DNA from: Patiriisocius sp. | Lineage (GTDB): Bacteria > Bacteroidota > Bacteroidia > Flavobacteriales > Flavobacteriaceae | DNA: 64,000 bases | Assembly (NCBI GenBank): GCA_965656925.1 | Contig: CBFHMO010000001.1 | Coordinates: 23,243-87,242 of the forward strand | Direction of reading: 5' to 3' | Shown: one piece after another, positions 29,112-37,204 of the stretch | How the letters are laid out: every line of letters begins with the position of its first letter | Position numbering within the stretch: the first letter of the stretch is position 1 | Notes under the pieces: generated by a model | Told to the model about the DNA's origin: nothing | Databases searched by the model: none | What the model saw: the letters and a program-made list of their open reading frames with translations, nothing else | Made by a program: the position numbers and the translations under genes

Positions 29112-29900
29112 TTAGTTGTTTAATTCCCAGTTATAGTCCATGTAGTTTATTGTTGCATTTTGGTCTATAGTAATTGCTGCATAGGTGTTAAGAAATTCAA
29201 TTAAGGTTTGGTTTTTCTTAAAATCTTTAGAGAACCACTTAAATATTTTTGAGATTGTGATGGCCTTTGGCGTGATTGTATTTCTCTGGGTGTCATTAAC
29301 AAATTTTCTTGCTGCACTCTGTAGTTGATCTTCTATTTTTGCTGCAGTGTACGCCTCATTTAGTAGCGTTGGACATGAAAAAGAAGCACAGTTTATAGCA
29401 AAATGAATGCGAGGATCATCCATTTTTCTTAAAATTTGATGTTCTATTTTATCTAGATTGTACATTTGGCCTGCGAGTTTCCATAAATCCTGTTTCCAAG
29501 GATCATCGATATCTTTTATGGAGTTAAGGGGCTGGTTTCTGATAATTAAATCAATGGTCATTGCATTATATGCATTGATCCAGTAGGCTAATTTTTCTTG
29601 CTTGCTCCACATTTTGTTTGGGGTATATTTACCCAGTGCAAACAGGTACATACGAAGCACGGTTCGATCTCTTTTAAATGCCTGGTAGTTTACCTTTCCT
29701 TGTGGGCTAACATTTTTTTGCAACAGGGCATGAAATCCAGAGTGGTCAAACACCTCTTTATATAAAGTGTCTTTTACAGTTTTTGTTTCTAAAAGTAAAG
29801 ACGGTAGGCCTTCTTGATTTATTACAGTATAGGCATTTACTATTTTGGCGCTGGCCAAAAAAACCAATGTAACTGTAGCTATATATAAATAGTTTTTCAT
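29112..29900 (-). CDS. DUF547 domain secreted protein
   Basis: LAYWINAYNA, IEHQILR, DPRIHFAINCASFSCP, SKIFKWF, YNWELN. Start revised to the ATG at 29900. Confidence 0.9.
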   Translation of the reverse strand: MKNYLYIATVTLVFLASAKIVNAYTVINQEGLPSLLLETKTVKDTLYKEVFDHSGFHALLQKNVSPQGKVNYQAFKRDRTVLRMYLFALGKYTPNKMWSKQEKLAYWINAYNAMTIDLIIRNQPLNSIKDIDDPWKQDLWKLAGQMYNLDKIEHQILRKMDDPRIHFAINCASFSCPTLLNEAYTAAKIEDQLQSAARKFVNDTQRNTITPKAITISKIFKWFSKDFKKNQTLIEFLNTYAAITIDQNATINYMDYNWELNN

Positions 29901-29916
29901 CTTTTTTTGAGTTGTA

Positions 29917-30885
29917 TTAACAGCAACCGCCTCCATCATAATGGTAGGTAGATTCGCTAAAATAGATATCATCTCTATTTAAATCTTTTAAAGCTTTTGC
30001 AGTTTTATCACAAATGGCTAAGGGTTGATTTTTCAGTAAAATATGGCCTTTGTTATCGTCAAAAAAATCCTCTGATCCATAATAAATTGCCGCTTTACCA
30101 GTAAAAATACAAGGGCCATCCTCTGGCATAGGGTCTTTAATGGCTGCAACCTCAATAGATTCAATGTAAATTAGCTCTTTGGTTGGGTAGTTCTTCGGGT
30201 CTAGAATCCTGTAGGGTTTTCTAGCTCTAATTTCTATGGTTCCAAATCCAACATCTGTTAGGGCCTTAACGTAGTCTTTTATTGGTAGGCTGCCACTCAA
30301 ACAAAGGGCACGCAGGCGGGCGTCATTTCTAAGGGTGTCATTCATTTGCTGCTCACACGTTGGGTCACTCATTACTAATTTCCCGTGAGGGGTTAAAACG
30401 CGGTACATTTCCTGTATGGCGCGTTTTAAATCTTCAGCTTTAAAGATGTTAAACAAACAGTTTTGTGCTGCTACATCGATGCTATTGTCAGCAACGGGAA
30501 GATGGAGCGCATCTCCCTTTTTAAGATCAATAAACTCAGATTTAAACCAAGGATTTTGCGCTTCAGCAATTTTAAAATTTGCAGCAGATGCCTCTAACAT
30601 TTCGTCTACAACATCAATGCCAACAACACCGCCTTTTTGACGATTAAAATAAGAAAACTGCAATAATTCCATGCCACCTCCAACTCCCACATAGAGCATT
30701 TTAGGATTATTTGATAAATCTCTAGCATGTACGGTACTTCCGCAGCCGTAATTCATCTCCTGCATTATTTTAGGAATCTTTAATCCCGGGAGTTCCCAAA
30801 TGGGGTTTGTAGTACAGCAAAGCCCAACATCTGGGGTAAGTGCTGCTTGTTTATACACATCATGTGTGGTATCTAGGTAGCTCAT
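29917..30885 (-). CDS. arsM: Arsenite methyltransferase, arsenosugar-cluster type
   Basis: SAM-binding VGVGGG; ArsM-type cysteines in NYGCG, QNCLFN and ALCLSG; extra LCC and C-terminal GGGCC. Confidence 0.88.
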   Translation of the reverse strand: MSYLDTTHDVYKQAALTPDVGLCCTTNPIWELPGLKIPKIMQEMNYGCGSTVHARDLSNNPKMLYVGVGGGMELLQFSYFNRQKGGVVGIDVVDEMLEASAANFKIAEAQNPWFKSEFIDLKKGDALHLPVADNSIDVAAQNCLFNIFKAEDLKRAIQEMYRVLTPHGKLVMSDPTCEQQMNDTLRNDARLRALCLSGSLPIKDYVKALTDVGFGTIEIRARKPYRILDPKNYPTKELIYIESIEVAAIKDPMPEDGPCIFTGKAAIYYGSEDFFDDNKGHILLKNQPLAICDKTAKALKDLNRDDIYFSESTYHYDGGGCC

Positions 30886-30895
30886 TTTCTGTTTT

Positions 30896-31708
30896 CTAAA
30901 GCGATTTTATAAGTTCTGTAAATAGGCTAATCATAGCTGGTTCTGCTTTTCCAGCTTGCGCAATAATATCTGTAATATCCACAGGTTTTAAATTATCTGG
31001 ATCACACTCATCTGTTAATACAGAGAGCGCTACAACAGGTATTTGTAAATGATTGGCAATAATAATTTCTGGTACGGTACTCATTCCTACTGCATCTGCG
31101 CCAATGATTTTAAGGTATCTATACTCTGCTCTTGTTTCTAACTGAGGCCCCACCACACTTGCGTATACACCCTTGTGCAGATTTATGTTGTGCTCGGCTG
31201 CAATTTTTTCTAACTTGGCGTTCATTATTGGGTCATAGGGTTGGTTTAGGTCTACAAAACGCTCTCCAAGTTTTTCTACACCTTTAAAGGCTAAAGGGGA
31301 TCCGCCTTGCAAATTGATATGATCATCAATAAGCATTATCTCTCCCTTTTTAAAGTTTAAATTTATAGCCCCAGAGGCATTACTCACAAATAATCTTGAA
31401 ATTCCAAGGCCTTTCATAACACGAACAGGAAAGGTAACATCAAAAAGAGAGTACCCTTCATAGAGATGAAAACGGCCCTGCATTATTACTACTTTTTTCC
31501 CTGCTAATGCACCATAAATTAATTTCCCTTTATGAAACTCAACAGTTGCAGTCGGAAAATTAGGAATATGGTTATAGCTCATCTCTGCCTCAATGGTTAC
31601 ATGGTCAATTATTTTTCCTAAACCAGTGCCTAGGATAATGCCTATCTCTGGAGTGCCAAACCCTCTGTTTTGCAAAAACTCTACAGCCTCTTCGATGTAC
31701 TTTATCAT
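30896..31708 (-). CDS. Purine-nucleoside phosphorylase (trimeric PNP/MTAP family)
   Basis: ILGTGLG, QGRFHLYEG, NASG, DHIN, GPQLETRAE, VGMSTVPE, LTDEC. Confidence 0.93.
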   Translation of the reverse strand: MIKYIEEAVEFLQNRGFGTPEIGIILGTGLGKIIDHVTIEAEMSYNHIPNFPTATVEFHKGKLIYGALAGKKVVIMQGRFHLYEGYSLFDVTFPVRVMKGLGISRLFVSNASGAINLNFKKGEIMLIDDHINLQGGSPLAFKGVEKLGERFVDLNQPYDPIMNAKLEKIAAEHNINLHKGVYASVVGPQLETRAEYRYLKIIGADAVGMSTVPEIIIANHLQIPVVALSVLTDECDPDNLKPVDITDIIAQAGKAEPAMISLFTELIKSL

Positions 31709-31829
31709 ATATATAATTATTTTTTATTTTGAGATTTCTAAACCACTTAGCAGAACAATATTTGTTGTTATATTATTGTCTTGGGTATAGCGATGGGGAT
31801 TTTAAAACTATTTATTTAGACAGCTTCTT

Positions 31830-31837
31830 CAAAAATA
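31830..31837 (-). promoter_or_regulatory. Internal promoter -7 box upstream of PNP-arsM
   Basis: Minus-strand TATTTTTG in the 144-bp gap. Confidence 0.5.
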
Positions 31838-31852
31838 CGGATTTATAAAAGC

Positions 31853-32533
31853 TTAGTCTTTCAAGTGAGGGAAGAATTTTTTAAACACTGCAATGTCTTT
31901 AATATCCTCATAGTAATCTACATCATTTTTCTCTGCCAAGATTGCCATGTTTTCTAATTCTAAATCTTTTAATGTGTCACCCAAAACGGTGTTTGTCCCC
32001 CATTTTTTATTTTTAAAAAGAGGAGGTTTTAGGTGTTTCATGCCAAGCAGGTAATAGCCACCGTCTTGCGCAGGGCCTATCACAAAGTTGTTGTCTTCTA
32101 GTGTTGAAAAAGCAGCTTCTAAATCTTGGGTAGTGATGTCATACATATCACTACCAATAATGATTGCCTTTTGATATCCCATTTTAAAGACCTCTGTAAA
32201 TGCGTTTTGCATTTTTGCGCCTAAATCATGACCCTGTTGTTGTTTTTTTCTGAAAACAGTAGTGTCCCAAATATCAATTTCTTTAATTTTTTCTGAATAG
32301 TACACATACACATCTGCCCTAAGGGGGCCTGTTATTTTTACTGTGTGGTCTAATAAAAACCGATACACATCCAGGGCGCTTTGATCTCCAATTGTAGTTG
32401 CAAGACGTGTTTTGCATTTGCCAAGTTCTGGATTTCTTGTAAAAACAATAAGCGCCTTTTTTGAAACCGGAAGGTGAAACACCTGTTTTGATTCCAGATT
32501 TCCAAGATTATTTTTCGCTCCTAAAATTGCCAT
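31853..32533 (-). CDS. TIGR04282/DUF2064-type arsenosugar-associated transferase (CofC-like nucleotidyltransferase fold)
   Basis: GKCKTRLA, QQGHDLGAKM, IIGSD, IGPAQDGGYYLLG, DVD. Confidence 0.88.
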   Translation of the reverse strand: MAILGAKNNLGNLESKQVFHLPVSKKALIVFTRNPELGKCKTRLATTIGDQSALDVYRFLLDHTVKITGPLRADVYVYYSEKIKEIDIWDTTVFRKKQQQGHDLGAKMQNAFTEVFKMGYQKAIIIGSDMYDITTQDLEAAFSTLEDNNFVIGPAQDGGYYLLGMKHLKPPLFKNKKWGTNTVLGDTLKDLELENMAILAEKNDVDYYEDIKDIAVFKKFFPHLKD

Positions 32534-32552
32534 AGTATTTTGTGATATCGTC

Positions 32553-33056
32553 TTATTTGTTAGTTACTTTAACACCTTTGGTAAGCCATTTTTCCCATTG
32601 CTTTGAGTATACATGCACGCTATCTGTCTGTTTTTGTTGTTTATTTACAAGGGGCAGATTGTTGTTTTTCCAATTAAAGATGCCACCATATAGGTTTTTG
32701 ATATTTGTGTATCCAGCCTTTTGAAGTATCTCTGCTATATCTTCACTTCTAACTCCTAAAGAGCAATACACAATAATTTGGGTATCCTTGCTTTTAATGT
32801 TTTTTGAAACTTTTTGCAGATTAAAATTCTTATAACCAGCATATAGTGCTCCTTTGATATGGCTTACCTCGAACTCTTTTTTTTCTCTGGTGTCTAGTAG
32901 TACTATAGAAGGATTGTTTTGAATATCTACAAGCATTTCAGAGTAGATATAAGGGATGCTTTGTTTGTTGTATTTTAATAAAACTTCCTCAATTGTTTGT
33001 TGGGCAACACTAGTTGTTGCTCCAAAAAAAAGTGCTATGTAAAAAAGTGTCTTCAT
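32553..33056 (-). CDS. Secreted rhodanese-like protein
   Basis: Signal peptide ending AQ; LDTRE..EF..SHIKGA; active-site YCSLGVRS; LYGGIFNW. Confidence 0.9.
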   Translation of the reverse strand: MKTLFYIALFFGATTSVAQQTIEEVLLKYNKQSIPYIYSEMLVDIQNNPSIVLLDTREKKEFEVSHIKGALYAGYKNFNLQKVSKNIKSKDTQIIVYCSLGVRSEDIAEILQKAGYTNIKNLYGGIFNWKNNNLPLVNKQQKQTDSVHVYSKQWEKWLTKGVKVTNK

Positions 33057-33061
33057 GGTTT

Positions 33062-34129
33062 TTAAGTTGTAACTACTCCCTGGCAGCTGCTTCCCGCTCC
33101 TGCGGTACAGCCATAACAGTGCTGAGAAATAACAATATCTCTATCGCTTAAAATAGATTCATTATACTGGGCTATATGGGTGACTTTACTAGCAACTTTC
33201 AGGTCAAGCATTTGGTTGAAATCACAGTCATACAACCATCCGTCCCAGGAAATAGAAATGGTGTTGGTACACATAACGTTTTTAACTGCTGCAGGATTGT
33301 AAGCCTCTACAAGTTGGTACATATACTCTTCATAATTTTCGCTGGCAATGAGATAGTCTAAAAATCTAGAAATAGGAAGATTGGTAATTGCAAAAAGACT
33401 ATGAAACTGAATATTAAAATCTGCCAGTAGTGCGCTTTTAAATTCCTTTTCCATGCTTGTTTGATCACCTGGCAAGTAGGCCCCGTTTGGATTGTAAACT
33501 AGGTCTAGTTTTAAACTACTGCCAGGCATACCATACCCAACTGCATTTAATTGTTTAAGAGCTGTGATAGACATGTCAAAAACACCCTCTCCTCTTTGTT
33601 TGTCTGTCTTGCCTCTAGTCCAGTGGGGCATTGAGCTTACCACATGAACATTGTATTTTTTAAAGAATTGAGGTAAATCATGGTATTTTTTATTTGCCCT
33701 TATGATGGTAAGATTGCTTCTTACAATAAAATCTTTAATACCAGCCTGGCTCGCCTTGTCTACAAAACGTCTAAAGTTAGGGTTCATCTCTGGAGCGCCT
33801 CCTGTTAGGTCTAGGGTATGAGCTCCTGTATTTTTTATAACCTCAAGACACTTGAGCATGGTTTCCCAGGTCATGATTTCTTTTCTGTCTGGTCCTGCAT
33901 CTACATGACAGTGTTCGCACACTTGATTGCACATATATCCCAGGTTTATTTGAAGTATTTCTAGCTTTTTTGGGCGAAGAGGAAATTGGTTAGTTTGCCT
34001 AATTTTTTTCGCAAAAGTGGGGAGTTCTCCATTTTTGAAAATACCGCCATTTAAAATTTCTAATTGGCGGTTTGCACTAGCCAATTCGTTATCTCTTTTA
34101 CGGAGTGATTGTTGTTTTAGTTTTGCCAT
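33062..34129 (-). CDS. arsS: Arsenosugar biosynthesis radical SAM enzyme
   Basis: CNQVCEHC (CxxxCxxC), DLTGGAPE, C-terminal YDCDFNQ ... HCYGCTAGAGSSC; linked to arsM. Confidence 0.92.
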   Translation of the reverse strand: MAKLKQQSLRKRDNELASANRQLEILNGGIFKNGELPTFAKKIRQTNQFPLRPKKLEILQINLGYMCNQVCEHCHVDAGPDRKEIMTWETMLKCLEVIKNTGAHTLDLTGGAPEMNPNFRRFVDKASQAGIKDFIVRSNLTIIRANKKYHDLPQFFKKYNVHVVSSMPHWTRGKTDKQRGEGVFDMSITALKQLNAVGYGMPGSSLKLDLVYNPNGAYLPGDQTSMEKEFKSALLADFNIQFHSLFAITNLPISRFLDYLIASENYEEYMYQLVEAYNPAAVKNVMCTNTISISWDGWLYDCDFNQMLDLKVASKVTHIAQYNESILSDRDIVISQHCYGCTAGAGSSCQGVVTT

Positions 34130-34241
34130 GGTAGCGCCTGTTTTTAAAAGCCGTTGTTTTTATTGCGATTTACATCCCAGCATTTTATTATAAACTATGT
34201 TGTATGTTATACCTGTGAGTGTCTGTTTCACCTCTATGAGA

Positions 34242-34577
34242 TTACATTTCTAGCTTATTCACTTTGTTCATCATCATGGTGCCGTGCACTAGGGTGGCAC
34301 CGCTTTTAATGGCGGCTCCTACATGGATGGCCTCCATCATTTGTTCTTTGGTTACCCCACGCTCTAGAGAGTCTTTGGTGTAGGCGTCTATACAATAGGG
34401 GCATTGTTCTGTGTGTGATACCGCTAGAGCAATTAATGATTTTTCACGGGCGGTAAGAGCTCCTTCTTCAAATACTTTGCCGTAGTAGTCAAAGAATTTG
34501 TTGCCTAGTTCTTCGCTCCACTGTGTTATTTCTCCAAATTTTCTAAGGTCTTTAGGGTCGTAATAATTATTTGCCAT
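34242..34577 (-). CDS. AhpD/CMD-like arsenosugar-associated peroxidase-like protein
   Basis: GALTAREKSLIALAV, QCPYCID, GATLVHG. Start revised to the ATG at 34577 (MANNYYDP). Confidence 0.88.
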   Translation of the reverse strand: MANNYYDPKDLRKFGEITQWSEELGNKFFDYYGKVFEEGALTAREKSLIALAVSHTEQCPYCIDAYTKDSLERGVTKEQMMEAIHVGAAIKSGATLVHGTMMMNKVNKLEM

Positions 34578-34779
34578 AATTGGTTTTATATTGGTGACAG
34601 AAAAGCAGCCACACTTGTTTGATTTTAAAAAGTAAATATAAGCAATAGTATAAAGGCAAAAGCAGGAAGCCCTGCATTGTGTTGTCATTTTTTGAAACGC
34701 TCTTATAAATAATTTAACAACAATGTTGGGTAGGGTGTCATTTATGTTAAGTCATGCAAGCTTAGGTTTTGCTTACTAA

Positions 34780-36048
34780 TTACATGTGTTTGGAATAAAA
34801 TTGATTAAGATACTTGTATGGATTCTTTGTAAGATGATTTTTCATAAGCTGCTGTAATTCTTTGGTTTGGAATAATTTATACCCTGTGGCATAGTAGAAA
34901 AAAAGAAGAAATGTTTTATAGCTTAAAATAAAATTATCGAAGTTAATTTTTTCAAACATATTTTTTGACTCCTCTATAGCGCCTGTTTGCATAAAATAAA
35001 AGGTTTTCATTAAATGATAGGTTTCTAAATAATGAGGTTCTGGACAGGCTTTTTGGCTAAGATGTTTTTCTGTTTGTTCTATAAGCCACAATTGAGCTTT
35101 TAGATTGTTAGTTAGCATTGCAATTACCATTGGTTCGTAATATATTTCATGCACTGGCGATAAAAAAGTAGTAGAGTTTGCTGCTTTTTTGATGTTAAAA
35201 AAATGCGCTTGATTTTTTTCTGTAAGTAAGAAATTTGAAAAGTATCTCCCAATTAGTATGGGATGCAGTTCCAAAAGGTTGTTGTCACTGATTTGGATGT
35301 TCTTTATTTTTTGATTGTTTAGGAAGCTTCTAAGATTTAATAAGCAGCTAACAAATAGTTTGTTTTTATAGTTTTTCTTTTCACTGAAATATGTTGCGAA
35401 CACCGCGTAAAATCCATTTAAAGAGGAGTAGTCAACAAATATTTCAAAAATAGTAGCCCGGAAAAAGGATGTTTTGCAAAGCAGATTAATTTCTTTTTTA
35501 CTGAGTTTTATGCTGCGCAATAATATACCTACAGCGTTTCCAATAATTAATTTTTGCTTGTAGGTTATGATATTGTTTTTAAGCACACTTGATGCAAACA
35601 AAATATTTATTTCACGAATCCTTTTTGCCAATAAAAATTCTCGTATTAGATTAATTATTGGAAGAGTGATGTCTTCACCTCTTTGTGATTTTTGTTCTAA
35701 AAATAAAAGAAGGGTCTTTGGGTCTTTGTTGTCCTTAAGTTCATATAGATGCAAGCGGCTTTCCCAGCTTATTTCAAAAGGGGCAGCATTGGAAAAATGG
35801 TAATAAGATTTATAACCAACATATTGGCTTAATATATCAAGGGTGTCTTTGCGTGTTTTTACAGGCTTTGCAAAACCGTACATACGTCTTAAGGTATTGT
35901 AGTTTATGCTTTTGCTTGTTTGTTCATGAATAACTTCAGATAGTTTTTCACAATCACCTCTGTTTGAAATTTCAAGACCAAACTTCTTCTCAACTGCATT
36001 TTTAAGGATTTCTTCCACTGTTTTGTTTGTATCATTTGTGTACCACAA
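34780..36048 (-). CDS. Hypothetical protein with N-terminal HTH-like domain and helical C-terminal region
   Basis: 422-aa ORF; N-terminal DCEKLSEVI...INYNTLRRMYG...TLDILSQYVGY resembles a Bacteroidota HTH-like module; visibly A/T-rich codons. Confidence 0.6.
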   Translation of the reverse strand: MWYTNDTNKTVEEILKNAVEKKFGLEISNRGDCEKLSEVIHEQTSKSINYNTLRRMYGFAKPVKTRKDTLDILSQYVGYKSYYHFSNAAPFEISWESRLHLYELKDNKDPKTLLLFLEQKSQRGEDITLPIINLIREFLLAKRIREINILFASSVLKNNIITYKQKLIIGNAVGILLRSIKLSKKEINLLCKTSFFRATIFEIFVDYSSLNGFYAVFATYFSEKKNYKNKLFVSCLLNLRSFLNNQKIKNIQISDNNLLELHPILIGRYFSNFLLTEKNQAHFFNIKKAANSTTFLSPVHEIYYEPMVIAMLTNNLKAQLWLIEQTEKHLSQKACPEPHYLETYHLMKTFYFMQTGAIEESKNMFEKINFDNFILSYKTFLLFFYYATGYKLFQTKELQQLMKNHLTKNPYKYLNQFYSKHM

Positions 36049-36129
36049 TATAGCCTAATTATTTAAGACAATAAAAATCTTCTGTTACGCACTTTCACAT
36101 TAATTGATGGGGAAGTAAAAAGTATATTC

Positions 36130-36160
36130 AAAAAAAAACCCACTCGTTGAGTGGGTTTTT
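36130..36160 (-). terminator. Intrinsic terminator of tRNA-Phe
   Basis: AAAAACCCACTC-gtt-GAGTGGGTTTTT with a 9-A run, which is the U tract on the minus strand. Confidence 0.9.
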
Positions 36161-36235
36161 GGTGGTGCCTCCAGGAATCGAACCAGGGACACATGGATTT
36201 TCAGTCCATTGCTCTACCAACTGAGCTAAGGCACC
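36160..36235 (-). tRNA. tRNA-Phe (GAA)
   Basis: Reverse complement GGTGCCTTAGCTCAGTTGGTAGAGCAATGGACTGAAAATCCATGTGTCCCTGGTTCGATTCCTGGAGGCACCACCA: 76-nt cloverleaf, anticodon GAA, encoded CCA. Confidence 0.98.
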
Positions 36236-36268
36236 GTTTGCTAAGAGAAATAATTAACTTAGCGGCTG

Positions 36269-36298
36269 CAAATATAATGGTATTTTTATTGCAGCAAA
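36269..36298 (-). promoter_or_regulatory. tRNA promoter (-33/-7)
   Basis: Minus strand TTTG-N18-TATATTTG followed by CAGCCGC. Confidence 0.8.
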
Positions 36299-36475
36299 AC
36301 AATTTTTTGAAAAATATCTTTATTTAAATCTGCTTGATAAAATTGTTTGACAAAAACGAGATCTATCATGCATTTTTGTTTTGTGGGCTCTGTATTTAGG
36401 CTAAGAATCAATTCAATGGGCTATTTGTTCTTTGCTGTTGAAATAACTATGTATTTTTGTCGTCTTTGCAACGAT

Positions 36476-37204
36476 ATGAATCTAACAGTAGATGTTGGTA
36501 ACACCTTATTCAAGTTTGCTGTTTTTAATGGCAGTACTCTTGTAGACTCACAGGTGTGTGAAAAACAACAGGTTTTACAACATATTAAACAACTTAGTGT
36601 AAGCTATCCCAAACTCACACACTGTATTTTGTCTTCTGTGGGTAGTTTGCCTTCTCAAGCAATACTACTTCTTGAAGAGTTGGCCAGTGTTCATGTGTTA
36701 TCTCACACCAGTAAAATCCCTTTTACAAATACCTACACAACTCCAGAAACCTTAGGTCCAGATAGAATTGCACTTATTGCAGGGGCAGCAGTACAATTTG
36801 CAAAAAAAGAGGTATTAGTAATTGACGTAGGTAGCGCCATTACTTATGATTTCTTATCTATTGACAACCAATACAAAGGAGGTAGTATTTCCCCCGGAAT
36901 AGCCATGCGCTATAAATCATTACATAGCTTTACAGCAAAGTTGCCACTTCTGGAAAAAACAGCGGTAATTCCGATGATTGGCAATAGCACAGAAAATTCT
37001 ATGCATAGTGGTGTACTTCAAGGAGTTATACATGAAATTGATGGTGTAATTAATCAATACAAAGACCAATACAGCGATTTAACAATTATTTTAACAGGTG
37101 GAGACGCTCATTTTTTGCGAGATAGATTAAAAAATGACATCTTTGCCAACTCAAATTTTCTGTTAGAGGGCTTAAATTATATTTTAGAACTTAATAAAGA
37201 TTGA
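36476..37204 (+). CDS. coaX: Type III pantothenate kinase
   Basis: VDVGNT, LGPDR, IDVGSAIT, GGSISPG, LTGGD. Start revised to the ATG at 36476, after a TATTTTTG box at 36452. Confidence 0.95.
   Translation: MNLTVDVGNTLFKFAVFNGSTLVDSQVCEKQQVLQHIKQLSVSYPKLTHCILSSVGSLPSQAILLLEELASVHVLSHTSKIPFTNTYTTPETLGPDRIALIAGAAVQFAKKEVLVIDVGSAITYDFLSIDNQYKGGSISPGIAMRYKSLHSFTAKLPLLEKTAVIPMIGNSTENSMHSGVLQGVIHEIDGVINQYKDQYSDLTIILTGGDAHFLRDRLKNDIFANSNFLLEGLNYILELNKD

Noticed and set aside
33062-33100. Possible selenocysteine at the ArsS C-terminus
   Set aside because: The SSC position is an ordinary TGC Cys codon and the ORF ends in TAA; no UGA read-through is needed.
34130-34241. SAM riboswitch upstream of arsS
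   Set aside because: I could not identify the conserved SAM-I or SAM-II core sequences or pairings; a covariance-model search would be needed.
34658-34675. Small minus-strand hairpin GCAGG-gctt-CCTGC-TTTT
   Set aside because: Only a 5-bp stem and 4 U; too weak to call as a terminator.
21850-36235. Integrative element or genomic island anchored at tRNA-Phe
   Set aside because: No integrase or transposase, and no convincing duplicate of the tRNA 3' end found by eye (only an 8-nt CCAGGAAT match near 23221).
36347-36475. Long N-terminal extensions in the ORF track (coaX; also ctaB, cox IV, DUF547, AhpD-like)
   Set aside because: The extensions overlap promoter boxes or neighbouring genes and precede the family's normal first motif; downstream starts were chosen.
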